Below are positions 1-7,862 of a stretch of DNA of 32,000 nucleotides, in pieces; the stretch's first letter is position 1, and each line of letters starts with the position of its first letter. A program made the position numbers and the translations under genes. This DNA comes from Pseudodesulfovibrio mercurii. GTDB taxonomy: Bacteria; Desulfobacterota; Desulfovibrionia; Desulfovibrionales; Desulfovibrionaceae. The stretch spans positions 2,310,001 to 2,342,000 of the forward strand of contig NC_016803.1 in NCBI RefSeq assembly GCF_000189295.2, read 5' to 3'. The notes beneath the pieces are model-generated. The model did not search any database, was not told the DNA's origin, and was given only the letters and a program-made list of their open reading frames with translations.

Positions 1-1
1 C

Positions 2-571
2 GTGGTCCGGCTGTGCATCAACAACCTGGCGGGCGTGCCGTCCGTGGTCTTCGGCCTGTTCGGCATGGCCTTTTTCGTGGCCGGGCGCGATCTGGGCGGC
101 CTGGGCATGGGCGTGTCCATCGCCTCGGGCTGCATGACGCTGGCCGTGCTCATCCTGCCGGTCATCATCGGCACCTCGGAGGAGGCGCTCCGGAGCGTGC
201 CCAACACCTACCGCGAGGCCTCGCTGGGGCTGGGCGCGACCAAGTGGCAGACCATCTTCAAGGTCGTCCTGCCCTCGGCCATGCCCGGCGTGCTGACCGG
301 CTCGATCCTGTCCATCTCCCGCGCGGCGGGCGAGACCGCGGCGATCATGTTCACGGCGGCGGCCAGCTACAACCCGACCCTGCCGGGCTCCATCTTCGAC
401 GAAGTCATGGCCCTGCCCTACCAGATCTATTCCCTGTCCGTTTCCTCCACCGACCCCGAGGCCACCCTGCCCCTCCAGTACGGCACGTCGCTGGTCCTGG
501 TGGCCCTGGTCCTGGGCATGAACCTGGTGGCCATCATGCTCCGCTCGCACCTGCGCAAGAAACTCAGCTAG
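2..571 (+). CDS. pstA: Phosphate ABC transporter permease PstA, C-terminal part (5' end outside window)
   Basis: ORF is open from the window edge. INNLAGVPSVVFGLFG and REASLGLGATKWQTIFKVVLPSAMPGVLTG...AAGETAAIMFTAA match the PstA-type permease EAA-loop region. High GC3. TAG stop at 569-571, followed by a hairpin terminator. Confidence 0.85.
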   Translation: MVRLCINNLAGVPSVVFGLFGMAFFVAGRDLGGLGMGVSIASGCMTLAVLILPVIIGTSEEALRSVPNTYREASLGLGATKWQTIFKVVLPSAMPGVLTGSILSISRAAGETAAIMFTAAASYNPTLPGSIFDEVMALPYQIYSLSVSSTDPEATLPLQYGTSLVLVALVLGMNLVAIMLRSHLRKKLS

Positions 572-593
572 CCCCTCCTCACACACTCGAACG

Positions 594-628
594 AAAAGCC
601 CCCGTACCAACAGGTACGGGGGCTTTTT
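594..628. terminator. Bidirectional rho-independent terminator between convergent pstA and the glycosyltransferase gene
   Basis: Perfect 12-bp stem AGCCCCCGTACC / GGTACGGGGGCT with a 4-nt loop. Flanked by AAAA on the left and TTTTT on the right, so it reads as a terminator on both strands. Confidence 0.85.
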
Positions 629-788
629 CATCGGACACCTCCCCGCGAAGCGAATACGCATCCGCGACAAAGGCGCCATGGAGGGATGCAAGGGGGCGAA
701 CCCTCGCCCGCCGGAGGCGAAACCACCCGGCAATCGCCGCGAAGCGGCCTTCTATTTCTGATTTTGCTTGGGCGAACGGACAGGAGAG

Positions 789-1871
789 CTACAACCCCGC
801 GTACAGCCGGGCGTAGTCCACGACCATGCGTTCGGCGGTGAATTTCCGGCCGCCGGACAGGAACGCCTCGCGGCCGAGCTGGCGGACCAGGGAGCGGCTG
901 GACAGGACGGACAGGGCGGTGTCCACGAAGCGGTCGCGGTCGCCGGGAGGCACGAGCATGCCGGTCAGGCGGTCCACGATCTGTTCGGGCACGCCGCCCA
1001 CGCCGTAGGCCACCACGGGCAGTCCGGCGGCCATGGCCTCCAGGACGACCAGGGAGTGGTTGTCGGCGCGGGTGGGATAGAGCAGGGCGTCGGACGCGGT
1101 CATGAGCAGGGCGAGCTTGGCGCGGTCCACGTAGGGCCAGAGGATGAAGTCGTCGCGCCGCTCCTCGCGGTCCCCGCCCACGGCGAAGCAGACCAGGTCG
1201 GGCAGGGCCTTCTTGAGGCGCTCCCAGATGTCCTGCCAGGTGTCGCCGGACTTGTAGGCCGCGTTCATGCCGCCGTGGGCCGCGAACAGGGCCACGCGCG
1301 CGGCCGGGTGGATGCCGAGCGCCCGGCGGGCGTCGTTCTTGGTGCGCAGCCCGGTGGGCCAGGGGATGCCGTTGGGGATGACCCGGACCGGCCGGAGCAG
1401 GTGGGTCCTGGCCAGCCGGGCCAGCCAGCGGGACGGGGCCACCAGGGCAGGCTCCAGCCGCCGGACCTCGGCCAGCTTGCGCTTGCGCAGCCCCTCGGCG
1501 TCCGGGAAATTGCGCGGGCAGGGGTCGGCGCAGCCGTCCTCCCGCATGGGGCAGTTCAGGGGATAGGGACAGCCGCCGGTGAACAGCTCGCAGTCGTGCA
1601 GGGTGACGACCACCTTGGTCCCGGTGGGGATGGACCCGAGCAGGGCGGGCCAATCCCCGGTGCAGTGCACGTGGGCCACGGTGCCCTCGGGCAGGCGCGC
1701 GCCGAACTCCTCGGGCTGCATGGCCGCGCCGTCGGCCTCCTCGGCCAGTTCGAAGGACAGGCAGGTCTCCACCCCGCGCCGCCCGAGCCCTTCGAGGAGC
1801 AGCCGGGCCACGCGGGTGGCCCCGCCGCTCGCCTCCAGGCCGGTGTGGTGATGGACCGGGGGCAGCTTCAT
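789..1871 (-). CDS. Glycosyltransferase family 1 (GT4-like)
   Basis: 360-aa ORF. The N-terminal GGATRVARLL... and C-terminal LYPTRADNHSLVVLEAMAAGLPVVAYGVGGVPEQI block is the typical GT-B/GT4 E-x7-E region. The start lies 3 nt downstream of the upstream gene's stop. Confidence 0.8.
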   Translation of the reverse strand: MKLPPVHHHTGLEASGGATRVARLLLEGLGRRGVETCLSFELAEEADGAAMQPEEFGARLPEGTVAHVHCTGDWPALLGSIPTGTKVVVTLHDCELFTGGCPYPLNCPMREDGCADPCPRNFPDAEGLRKRKLAEVRRLEPALVAPSRWLARLARTHLLRPVRVIPNGIPWPTGLRTKNDARRALGIHPAARVALFAAHGGMNAAYKSGDTWQDIWERLKKALPDLVCFAVGGDREERRDDFILWPYVDRAKLALLMTASDALLYPTRADNHSLVVLEAMAAGLPVVAYGVGGVPEQIVDRLTGMLVPPGDRDRFVDTALSVLSSRSLVRQLGREAFLSGGRKFTAERMVVDYARLYAGL

Positions 1872-1874
1872 GGC

Positions 1875-4580
1875 CTAAAGGTCCACCGTGTCCATGTCCA
1901 GGATCATGTCCACCAGGTCCGGGTCGTGGGGATCGGGCGCGATCTCGAAGCCGAACTTCCGGGACAGCCCCTGCATGGCCTTGTTCTCGAGCATGGTCTG
2001 GCCGATGAGCACCTTGGTGCCGCGCTCCTTGGTGTAGCGGATGCCCTTGTAAAAGAGCATGGAACCCAGCCCCTCGCCCTTGAGGTCCGAGCGGACCACG
2101 ATGGCAAACTCCGCCTCGGAGTTGTCCGGCTTGGTGTTGGTGCGCATGACCCCCAGGGTCTCGGGCTCGCCGCGCTCGGTCAGGGCCGTGGCGATAAAGG
2201 CCATCTCCCGGTCGTAGTCGATCTGGGTGAAGCGGGCGATGTCCTTGTGGTCGAACTCGCGCTGGACCACGCCGAAGAAGCGCAGCCGCAGGTCCTCGTC
2301 CGACAGGTTGGCCAGGAAGGCGCGGTGGGTCTCCTCGTCCTCGGGCCGGATGGGCCGCAGGGTGACCTGGCGGCCGGACTTGAGGGTGACGCACTCCTCC
2401 AGCTCGCGGGGATAGGGCCGGATGGCCAGCCGGGACTCGCCCTCGCCCTCGAACGGGGCGATGTCGATCTTGGCGTCCAGGGCGAGCACGCCCTCGGAGT
2501 CGGCGTAGAGCGGGTTGATGTCGATGGCCGTGATCTGCGGCACGTCCACGATGAGCTGGGATATCTGGATCAGGGTCAGGCAGATGTCGTCGATGTCCGC
2601 CGGGACGTGGGACGGGGTGCCCTTGAGCAGGGTGCTGATGCGCGTGCGCGAGACCACCTCGCGGGCCAGGGACATGGACAGGGGCGGCAGGGTCTGGGCC
2701 TGGTCCTGGATCATCTCGCGGGCCATGCCGCCGTGGCCGAACTGGAGGACCGGGCCGAAGACCGGGTCCAGGCGGGCGGACACGGACAGCTCGTGCGCGC
2801 CGGGGCGGCGGCCCATCCTCTGGACCGTGAACCCCTCGATGTAGGCGTCGGGCCGCTCGCGGGTGCAGCGGGCCAGGATGGAGGCCGCACCCTCCCAGAC
2901 GCGCTCGGGGGTCTCCAGGTCCAGGAGCACGCCGCCCACGTCGTAGGGCTGGGGCACCTGGGGGCTGCGCAGCTTCAGGGCCACGGGGTAGCCCAGGGCG
3001 TCGGCCGCGATGACCGCCTCCTTGGCGGACACGGCGATGCGCGTCTCGACCACCGGGATGCCGTAGGCGGCCAGGATGTCCTTGGCCTCGGGCTCGGTCA
3101 ACGCCTTGCGCCCGGTGTCCAGGGCCTTGCGCACGATGTCGCGCGCCCTGGAGGTGTCCGGGAAAAAGTCCGTGGGCAGGGAGTCCGGGGTCTCGATGAG
3201 CATCTCCTGGTTGTGCAGGTACTCGGCCATGTACAGGAAGGCCTGGACCGCCTGGGTGGGGGTCTCATAGGTGGGGATGTCCGCGTTGCGGAAAATCTCC
3301 CTGGCCTGGCCCGCCTTGCCCGAGCCGAGCCAGGCGGTCAGGACCATGCGCCGGACCCGCTTCAGGGAGTCGCGGATGGCCTCGGCCACCTCCACGTCGG
3401 GCTGGGCGGCCCAGGGCACGTGCATGGCCAGGATGCCATTGGAATTCTTGTCCTTGATGAGCAGCTTGAGGACCTCGGAGTAGGCCTTGCCGTCGGCGTT
3501 GAAGGGGATGTCCACGGGGTTGGCCCGGGACCAGTTGCCCTCGCCGAGGACCCCGTCGATGCCCTTGATGGTCTCCTCGGACAGGGGGGCCATCTCGCCG
3601 CCGCCCACCAGCAGCCGGTCGGCGGCCAGGATGCCCGCGCTGGTCCCGTTGGTCAGGATGGCCAGCCTGCGGCCGAAGACCTGGCGGGGCGTGGACAGGG
3701 TCTGGGCCGCGTCGAACAGGCCGTCGATGTCCTCGACCCGGAGCATGCCCGCCCGGCGGAAGGCCACGTCGTAGATCTCGTCGGAATGGCGGCCGTCGCC
3801 GGTCTCGCGCAGCTTGAGGTCGCCGAGCACGGTGTCCAGGGCCTGGCCCGGCCTGATGACCAGGACCGGCTTGTTGCGCGAGGCGGCCCGGGCCGCGGAC
3901 ATGAACTCGCGGGCGTCCTTGATGGACTCCACGTAGAGCATGATGGACCGGGTCAGGGGGTCGGAGCCGAGGTAGTCCAGGATGTCGGCGAAGGTCACGT
4001 CGATGCGGCTGCCCAGGGCGACCATGTGCGAGAAGCCCACGCCCTTGTCGATGGCCCAGTCCAGGACCGTGGCGAAAAGCGAGTCGGACTGCGAGATGAA
4101 GGCCACCTTGCCCGGCTCCACCCGGGCGTGGGCCAGGGAGGCGTTCAGGTTGAGCGACGGGACCATGAAGCCCAGGGACTTGGGCCCGAGGATGCGGATA
4201 TCCGGCGGCTGGGCGATGGACAGGATGGTGGACTTGATGTCCTGGCTCTCCTCGTAGGACATGGAGGCGAAGCCCGCGCCCATGATGACGGCCGCGCGGG
4301 TGCCCCGCTCCTTGAGGGAGTGGATGACCTCCGGGACCTCCTCCAGGGGCGAGCAGACCACGGCCAGGTCCGGGGTCTTGGGCAGGTGCCGGACCGAGGG
4401 ATGGGTCAGCACCCCGGCGATGGCCTCGGCCTGGGACGAGACCGGCATGACCGGCCCCAGGAATCCACCGGCCATGATGTTGCGCATGACGATATTGCCC
4501 GCGTTGCGCGGATCGTTGGTGGCCCCGATAACCGCGACGGAGGTGGGCTTGAAGAGATATTCGAGGTTGGTGACGCTCAT
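1875..4580 (-). CDS. Pat/Pka-type protein acetyltransferase: ADP-forming acyl-CoA synthetase-like region fused to a C-terminal GNAT domain
   Basis: N-terminal CoA-binding motif (SVAVIGATNDPRNAGN), a central ATP-grasp-like region, and a C-terminal GNAT block (AIVVRSDLKGEGLGSMLF...). Start moved to the ATG at 4580, which has AAGGAG 7 nt upstream; the longer ORF to 4643 has no SD. Confidence 0.85.
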   Translation of the reverse strand: MSVTNLEYLFKPTSVAVIGATNDPRNAGNIVMRNIMAGGFLGPVMPVSSQAEAIAGVLTHPSVRHLPKTPDLAVVCSPLEEVPEVIHSLKERGTRAAVIMGAGFASMSYEESQDIKSTILSIAQPPDIRILGPKSLGFMVPSLNLNASLAHARVEPGKVAFISQSDSLFATVLDWAIDKGVGFSHMVALGSRIDVTFADILDYLGSDPLTRSIMLYVESIKDAREFMSAARAASRNKPVLVIRPGQALDTVLGDLKLRETGDGRHSDEIYDVAFRRAGMLRVEDIDGLFDAAQTLSTPRQVFGRRLAILTNGTSAGILAADRLLVGGGEMAPLSEETIKGIDGVLGEGNWSRANPVDIPFNADGKAYSEVLKLLIKDKNSNGILAMHVPWAAQPDVEVAEAIRDSLKRVRRMVLTAWLGSGKAGQAREIFRNADIPTYETPTQAVQAFLYMAEYLHNQEMLIETPDSLPTDFFPDTSRARDIVRKALDTGRKALTEPEAKDILAAYGIPVVETRIAVSAKEAVIAADALGYPVALKLRSPQVPQPYDVGGVLLDLETPERVWEGAASILARCTRERPDAYIEGFTVQRMGRRPGAHELSVSARLDPVFGPVLQFGHGGMAREMIQDQAQTLPPLSMSLAREVVSRTRISTLLKGTPSHVPADIDDICLTLIQISQLIVDVPQITAIDINPLYADSEGVLALDAKIDIAPFEGEGESRLAIRPYPRELEECVTLKSGRQVTLRPIRPEDEETHRAFLANLSDEDLRLRFFGVVQREFDHKDIARFTQIDYDREMAFIATALTERGEPETLGVMRTNTKPDNSEAEFAIVVRSDLKGEGLGSMLFYKGIRYTKERGTKVLIGQTMLENKAMQGLSRKFGFEIAPDPHDPDLVDMILDMDTVDL

Positions 4581-4738
4581 GTGGCTCCTTGGGGTGGCGT
4601 GTCGGAAGCGATTTAGGCAAAGGATAGCGCCTTTTGCCGCCATGAGGCAACCGCAGAATGGACGCGCGGACCGCCCGTTTCCCGGAGCCCGGCGCCCTCC
4701 CCTTCCGGTCGTCGGACCTCAAGAACCATAGACAAACC

Positions 4739-4765
4739 TAAAGTTTTCCATGGGACATCCGATAG
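4739..4765 (+). promoter_or_regulatory. Sigma-28 (FliA)-type promoter candidate
   Basis: TAAAGTTT (4739-4746), 11-nt spacer, TCCGATAG (4758-4765), versus the enterobacterial FliA consensus TAAAGTTT-N11-GCCGATAA. Lies 46 nt upstream of the ATG at 4811. Confidence 0.6.
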
Positions 4766-4810
4766 GGTCCGTGAGGGGATGTCCATGCAGGCAACAAAGG
4801 AGTGCGCACC

Positions 4811-5269
4811 ATGGCTATCGAATCGCTGATGCAGCAGACCGGCGTGTTCGTGGACACGCTGACCGTCAAGCCCGCGGCCACGGTCAAGACCGAAACCGAG
4901 GTGGCCCAGGACGCCGTCACCCCGGAGCAGGGGGACACCGTGACCATCTCCGAGGAGGGCCGCGCCCTGATCGCCATGGAGAGCCTGGGCAAGTCCGACG
5001 ACGAGTCCGACCAGGAAACGGACATGGACCAGACCATCGACTCCCTCAAGGACCGCATCCAGAAGCTGGAGGAGGAGATCAAGGCCCTGGAGGACGGGGA
5101 CCTGCCCGAGGACCGCAAGCAGACGCAGATCCAGGAGAAGGAGAACATGCTCATGGACCTGCGGGACCAGCTGCTCAAGGCCCAGCAGACCAAGCTCAAG
5201 GCCGACGGCATGGCCGAGGGCGGCGGCACCAGGGCCAACGGCTTCGGCAACACCGCCGGGACCTTCTGA
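4811..5269 (+). CDS. FlxA-like acidic coiled-coil protein, paralog 1
   Basis: AAGGAG at 4797-4802, 8 nt before the ATG at 4811. Contains a GDTVTISEEGRAL motif and QTIDSLKDRIQKLEEEIKALEDGDLPEDRKQTQIQEKENMLMDLRDQLLKAQ, which resembles the FlxA-like family (PF14282). High GC3. Confidence 0.75.
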   Translation: MAIESLMQQTGVFVDTLTVKPAATVKTETEVAQDAVTPEQGDTVTISEEGRALIAMESLGKSDDESDQETDMDQTIDSLKDRIQKLEEEIKALEDGDLPEDRKQTQIQEKENMLMDLRDQLLKAQQTKLKADGMAEGGGTRANGFGNTAGTF

Positions 5270-5293
5270 TCCGAAACGACATTTTCCGCCGGG

Positions 5294-5331
5294 ACGGGCG
5301 CGACGGGGACTCCCGTCGCGCCCGTTTTCGT
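5294..5331 (+). terminator. Rho-independent terminator after FlxA-like gene 1
   Basis: Perfect 14-bp stem ACGGGCGCGACGGG / CCCGTCGCGCCCGT, loop GACT, followed by TTTTCGT. Confidence 0.8.
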
Positions 5332-5357
5332 GCGGCCGAAAAAAACCGGCCGCGCGC

Positions 5358-5385
5358 TAAAGGATTTCCGGACTGCGGACGATAG
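5358..5385 (+). promoter_or_regulatory. Second sigma-28-like promoter candidate
   Basis: TAAAGGAT (5358-5365), 12-nt spacer, GACGATAG (5378-5385). It has the same CGATAG -10 core as the promoter at 4739. Lies 42 nt upstream of the ATG at 5427. Confidence 0.45.
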
Positions 5386-5426
5386 ACCACGCAGGGAGAC
5401 GCGAACACACTTCAAGGAGCCTTGTC

Positions 5427-5861
5427 ATGACCATAGAAGCATTGACCTACCAATCGGCCTTCGTGGATTCCCTGTCCATCAAGACCCAGACCGCATCCGG
5501 CGACACCGCGGCCGGTGACGGAACCTCGGACCAGGGCGACACCGTGAGCATCTCCGAGGAGGCCAAGGCCCTGTCGGGCGCCATGTCCGCCACGGGCGGC
5601 ACCAAGACCGCGTCCGCCTCCGGGGCCTCCTCCGAATCCGACGACAGCGACACCTCCGAGACCGAGCAGACCATCGAGGACCTCCAGGACCGCATCGAAA
5701 AGCTCGAACAGGAGATTGAGGAGCTCAAGGACGACGAGTCCCTGCCCGACGACCAGAAGCAGGTCCAGATCCAGAACAAGCAGAGCGAACTCACGCAGTT
5801 GCAGGGCCAGTTGCTCGAGGCCCAGTCCGAACTGCTCGAGTCGTCCTCCGCCGAGGGCTGA
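5427..5861 (+). CDS. FlxA-like acidic coiled-coil protein, paralog 2
   Basis: AAGGAG 8 nt upstream of the ATG. Clearly alignable with the gene at 4811: MTIEAL / MAIESL, GDTVSISEEAKAL, and QTIEDLQDRIEKLEQEIEELKDDESLPDDQKQVQIQNKQSELTQLQGQLLEAQ. Confidence 0.75.
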   Translation: MTIEALTYQSAFVDSLSIKTQTASGDTAAGDGTSDQGDTVSISEEAKALSGAMSATGGTKTASASGASSESDDSDTSETEQTIEDLQDRIEKLEQEIEELKDDESLPDDQKQVQIQNKQSELTQLQGQLLEAQSELLESSSAEG

Positions 5862-6000
5862 CCGGATCGACCCGGCGGCGGACAGGGGACGCCCTGACCG
5901 CCGCCCGTCTCCGGCCGACGTCCCGCCCACGCGGCGCCCCCCACTGTCCCGACACCGAACCCCCCGCTCCCCGCCCCGCGCGGGCGGCGGAATATCCCCC

Positions 6001-6028
6001 TTGACGCCCTTTTTCTCCCTCGTATATT
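6001..6028 (+). promoter_or_regulatory. Sigma-70-type promoter candidate
   Basis: TTGACG (6001-6006), 16-nt spacer, TATATT (6023-6028), inside a locally AT-richer patch about 75 nt upstream of the ATG at 6105. Confidence 0.5.
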
Positions 6029-6104
6029 GTAAATATATGCCGGAAGGCCCGTCAGCGGGCGATCGCGGACCATGGAAGGTCGGCTCGGCAGGGAGAAACG
6101 TCCC

Positions 6105-7673
6105 ATGTCCATGGGAGTTACCGACTTCATCGTGGCCGGCCCTCCGGGTCAGGTCACCGCAGGCCCGGCAGGCTCCTTCCAGGCGGTTGCGCCCGGACAG
6201 GTCTCCATCGGCGAGCCCGGCCACGTCCCCATCGACACCACGCCCGCGCGCGTGCCCATCGACACGTCCATGGCCCGGATTCCCTACGCCGCCCCCACGG
6301 GCGGCGGGTTGTCCCACGCCTTTGCGGGGGCGGCCTCGGCCGGAGGCGGCGGGGGCGGCGGCATGACGCCGGGCACCTCCTCCGCGCACATCGGTGGCGG
6401 CTCCTCGGGCGGCTCCGTGGGCGGCGTCACCGGCATGGGCAGCTCCGGCCAGACCGGCTCGGGCAACGCCGTCGGCCAGAGCACCGGCGGCGGCCAGGTC
6501 TCGGGCGGGGCCAACGTGCCCATCTCCACCGAGGGCGGCCGCCCGGCCATCGCCCAGGCAACGGGCGGGTCCACCGGCGGCCCCGTGGGCGGCGGCCCCG
6601 TGGAGCGGGCCGGATCGCCCGTGGCCATGACCACGGGCAACGTGGCCATCGCCCCGGCCCTGGGGGTGCAGCCCGTGTCCCCGGCGGGCAGCGTGTCCAT
6701 CGCCCCGAAGGTCGGCTTTTCCATGCCCACCCTGACCGGGTTCGTACCCATCTCCCCGGCCGGGACCATCATGGCCCACCGCATGACCAACCCGCACGGC
6801 ACCTATTTCGGCCACACTCAGCACTGGCCCAACGACGTCTTCCACCACTCGAGCCACACCGCGCCGTACGTGCCGCCCTCCGTGCCCATGGCCCCGTGGG
6901 TGCCCACGGCCGACGGCTACGCCGAGCCCTTCTCCCTGCCCAAGGTGGACTTCGCCCAGGACATGGGGCGAGGCGCGCCCATCGACATGCGCTCCGAGTA
7001 CTCCATGCGCATCGACCAGTCCCAGGACATCGAGCAGAACCGCACGGCCACCTACAACCAGAACGTGGACCAGACCCTGGACCAGTCCATGAACTCGGTC
7101 ATCGAGCGCAGCGACCGCCACGTGACCCGGAACGAGTTCGACAACTCCTCCACCCGCAACCTGGACCTGTCCACGGACCGGACCACCGAGAACACCCAAG
7201 ACATCGTCCAGAACTTCAACCGCGACAACCGGTTCTCCACCGAGACCACCGTGGTCAACGAGCAGGACAACTCGCGCAGCTTCACCAACGAGGAGCGCCG
7301 CGAGACCACCCTGACCACCGAGAACACCGAGGTGCGCAACGTGGACGCGAGCCAAAGCACCACCGAAAACCACATCGTGGAGCGGACCGAGGTGGACAAC
7401 TCCCGGATCGACGCGACCACCGAGCTATACTCCTCCGTGGCCTACCCGGAGACGCGGGTGGTGGAGGCGGACAACTCCACGACCATCAACCGGGTGAACA
7501 CCTTCGAGACCGTGGACGGCGGCTCCTCCGAGATCAACAACATCGACGCGGGCCGGACCCTGTTCGTCACGAACCAGGACCCGACCTACGTGTTCGACAA
7601 CTCCTCGCGGATCATCCTGAACTTCGACGCCCCGGAACGGACCGGCGGGGACATCGTGGTCGGCAACGCCTGA
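6105..7673 (+). CDS. Hypothetical bipartite low-complexity protein (Gly/Ser/Pro/Ala/Val-rich N half; Asn/Asp/Thr/Glu/Ser/Arg-rich repeat-like C half)
   Basis: GGGAGA at 6091-6096, 8 nt before the ATG at 6105; an alternative ATG at 6072 has no SD. High GC3 throughout. No recognisable signal peptide or TM segment, and no family recognised. Followed by a strong terminator. Confidence 0.7.
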   Translation: MSMGVTDFIVAGPPGQVTAGPAGSFQAVAPGQVSIGEPGHVPIDTTPARVPIDTSMARIPYAAPTGGGLSHAFAGAASAGGGGGGGMTPGTSSAHIGGGSSGGSVGGVTGMGSSGQTGSGNAVGQSTGGGQVSGGANVPISTEGGRPAIAQATGGSTGGPVGGGPVERAGSPVAMTTGNVAIAPALGVQPVSPAGSVSIAPKVGFSMPTLTGFVPISPAGTIMAHRMTNPHGTYFGHTQHWPNDVFHHSSHTAPYVPPSVPMAPWVPTADGYAEPFSLPKVDFAQDMGRGAPIDMRSEYSMRIDQSQDIEQNRTATYNQNVDQTLDQSMNSVIERSDRHVTRNEFDNSSTRNLDLSTDRTTENTQDIVQNFNRDNRFSTETTVVNEQDNSRSFTNEERRETTLTTENTEVRNVDASQSTTENHIVERTEVDNSRIDATTELYSSVAYPETRVVEADNSTTINRVNTFETVDGGSSEINNIDAGRTLFVTNQDPTYVFDNSSRIILNFDAPERTGGDIVVGNA

Positions 7674-7704
7674 TCCGCCCTCCCTTTCCGGCACGCCAGA
7701 CGGC

Positions 7705-7741
7705 AGGAGGCCGCCCCATTGCGGGGCGGCCTCCTGGTTTT
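7705..7741 (+). terminator. Rho-independent terminator
   Basis: 13-bp perfect stem AGGAGGCCGCCCC / GGGGCGGCCTCCT, 5-nt loop, then GGTTTT. Confidence 0.8.
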
Positions 7742-7862
7742 GAAAAGGCAGAGATCGTCGGTAAGATATGACTATATTACATGCGGATATAGATCAAGTA
7801 ACTTATCGTAGTTTTATCGAAAAAAGCGCTCCTTCGCGCGGCCTTTCCGGGCGCTCGGCGCG

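Noticed and set aside
768-4616. 1282-aa ORF on the + strand spanning the glycosyltransferase and acetyltransferase genes
   Set aside because: It is antisense to two genes with clear family signatures. Its translation is low-complexity (G/A/V/H/D/L-rich) with no motifs. Long shadow ORFs are expected in GC-rich DNA because stop codons are rare on the antisense frame.
5412-7373. 653-aa ORF on the - strand opposite FlxA-like gene 2 and the repeat protein
   Set aside because: Shadow ORF. It has no SD and a Gly/Ala/Arg/His-rich nonsense composition. The + strand genes have SDs, promoters, terminators and paralog support.
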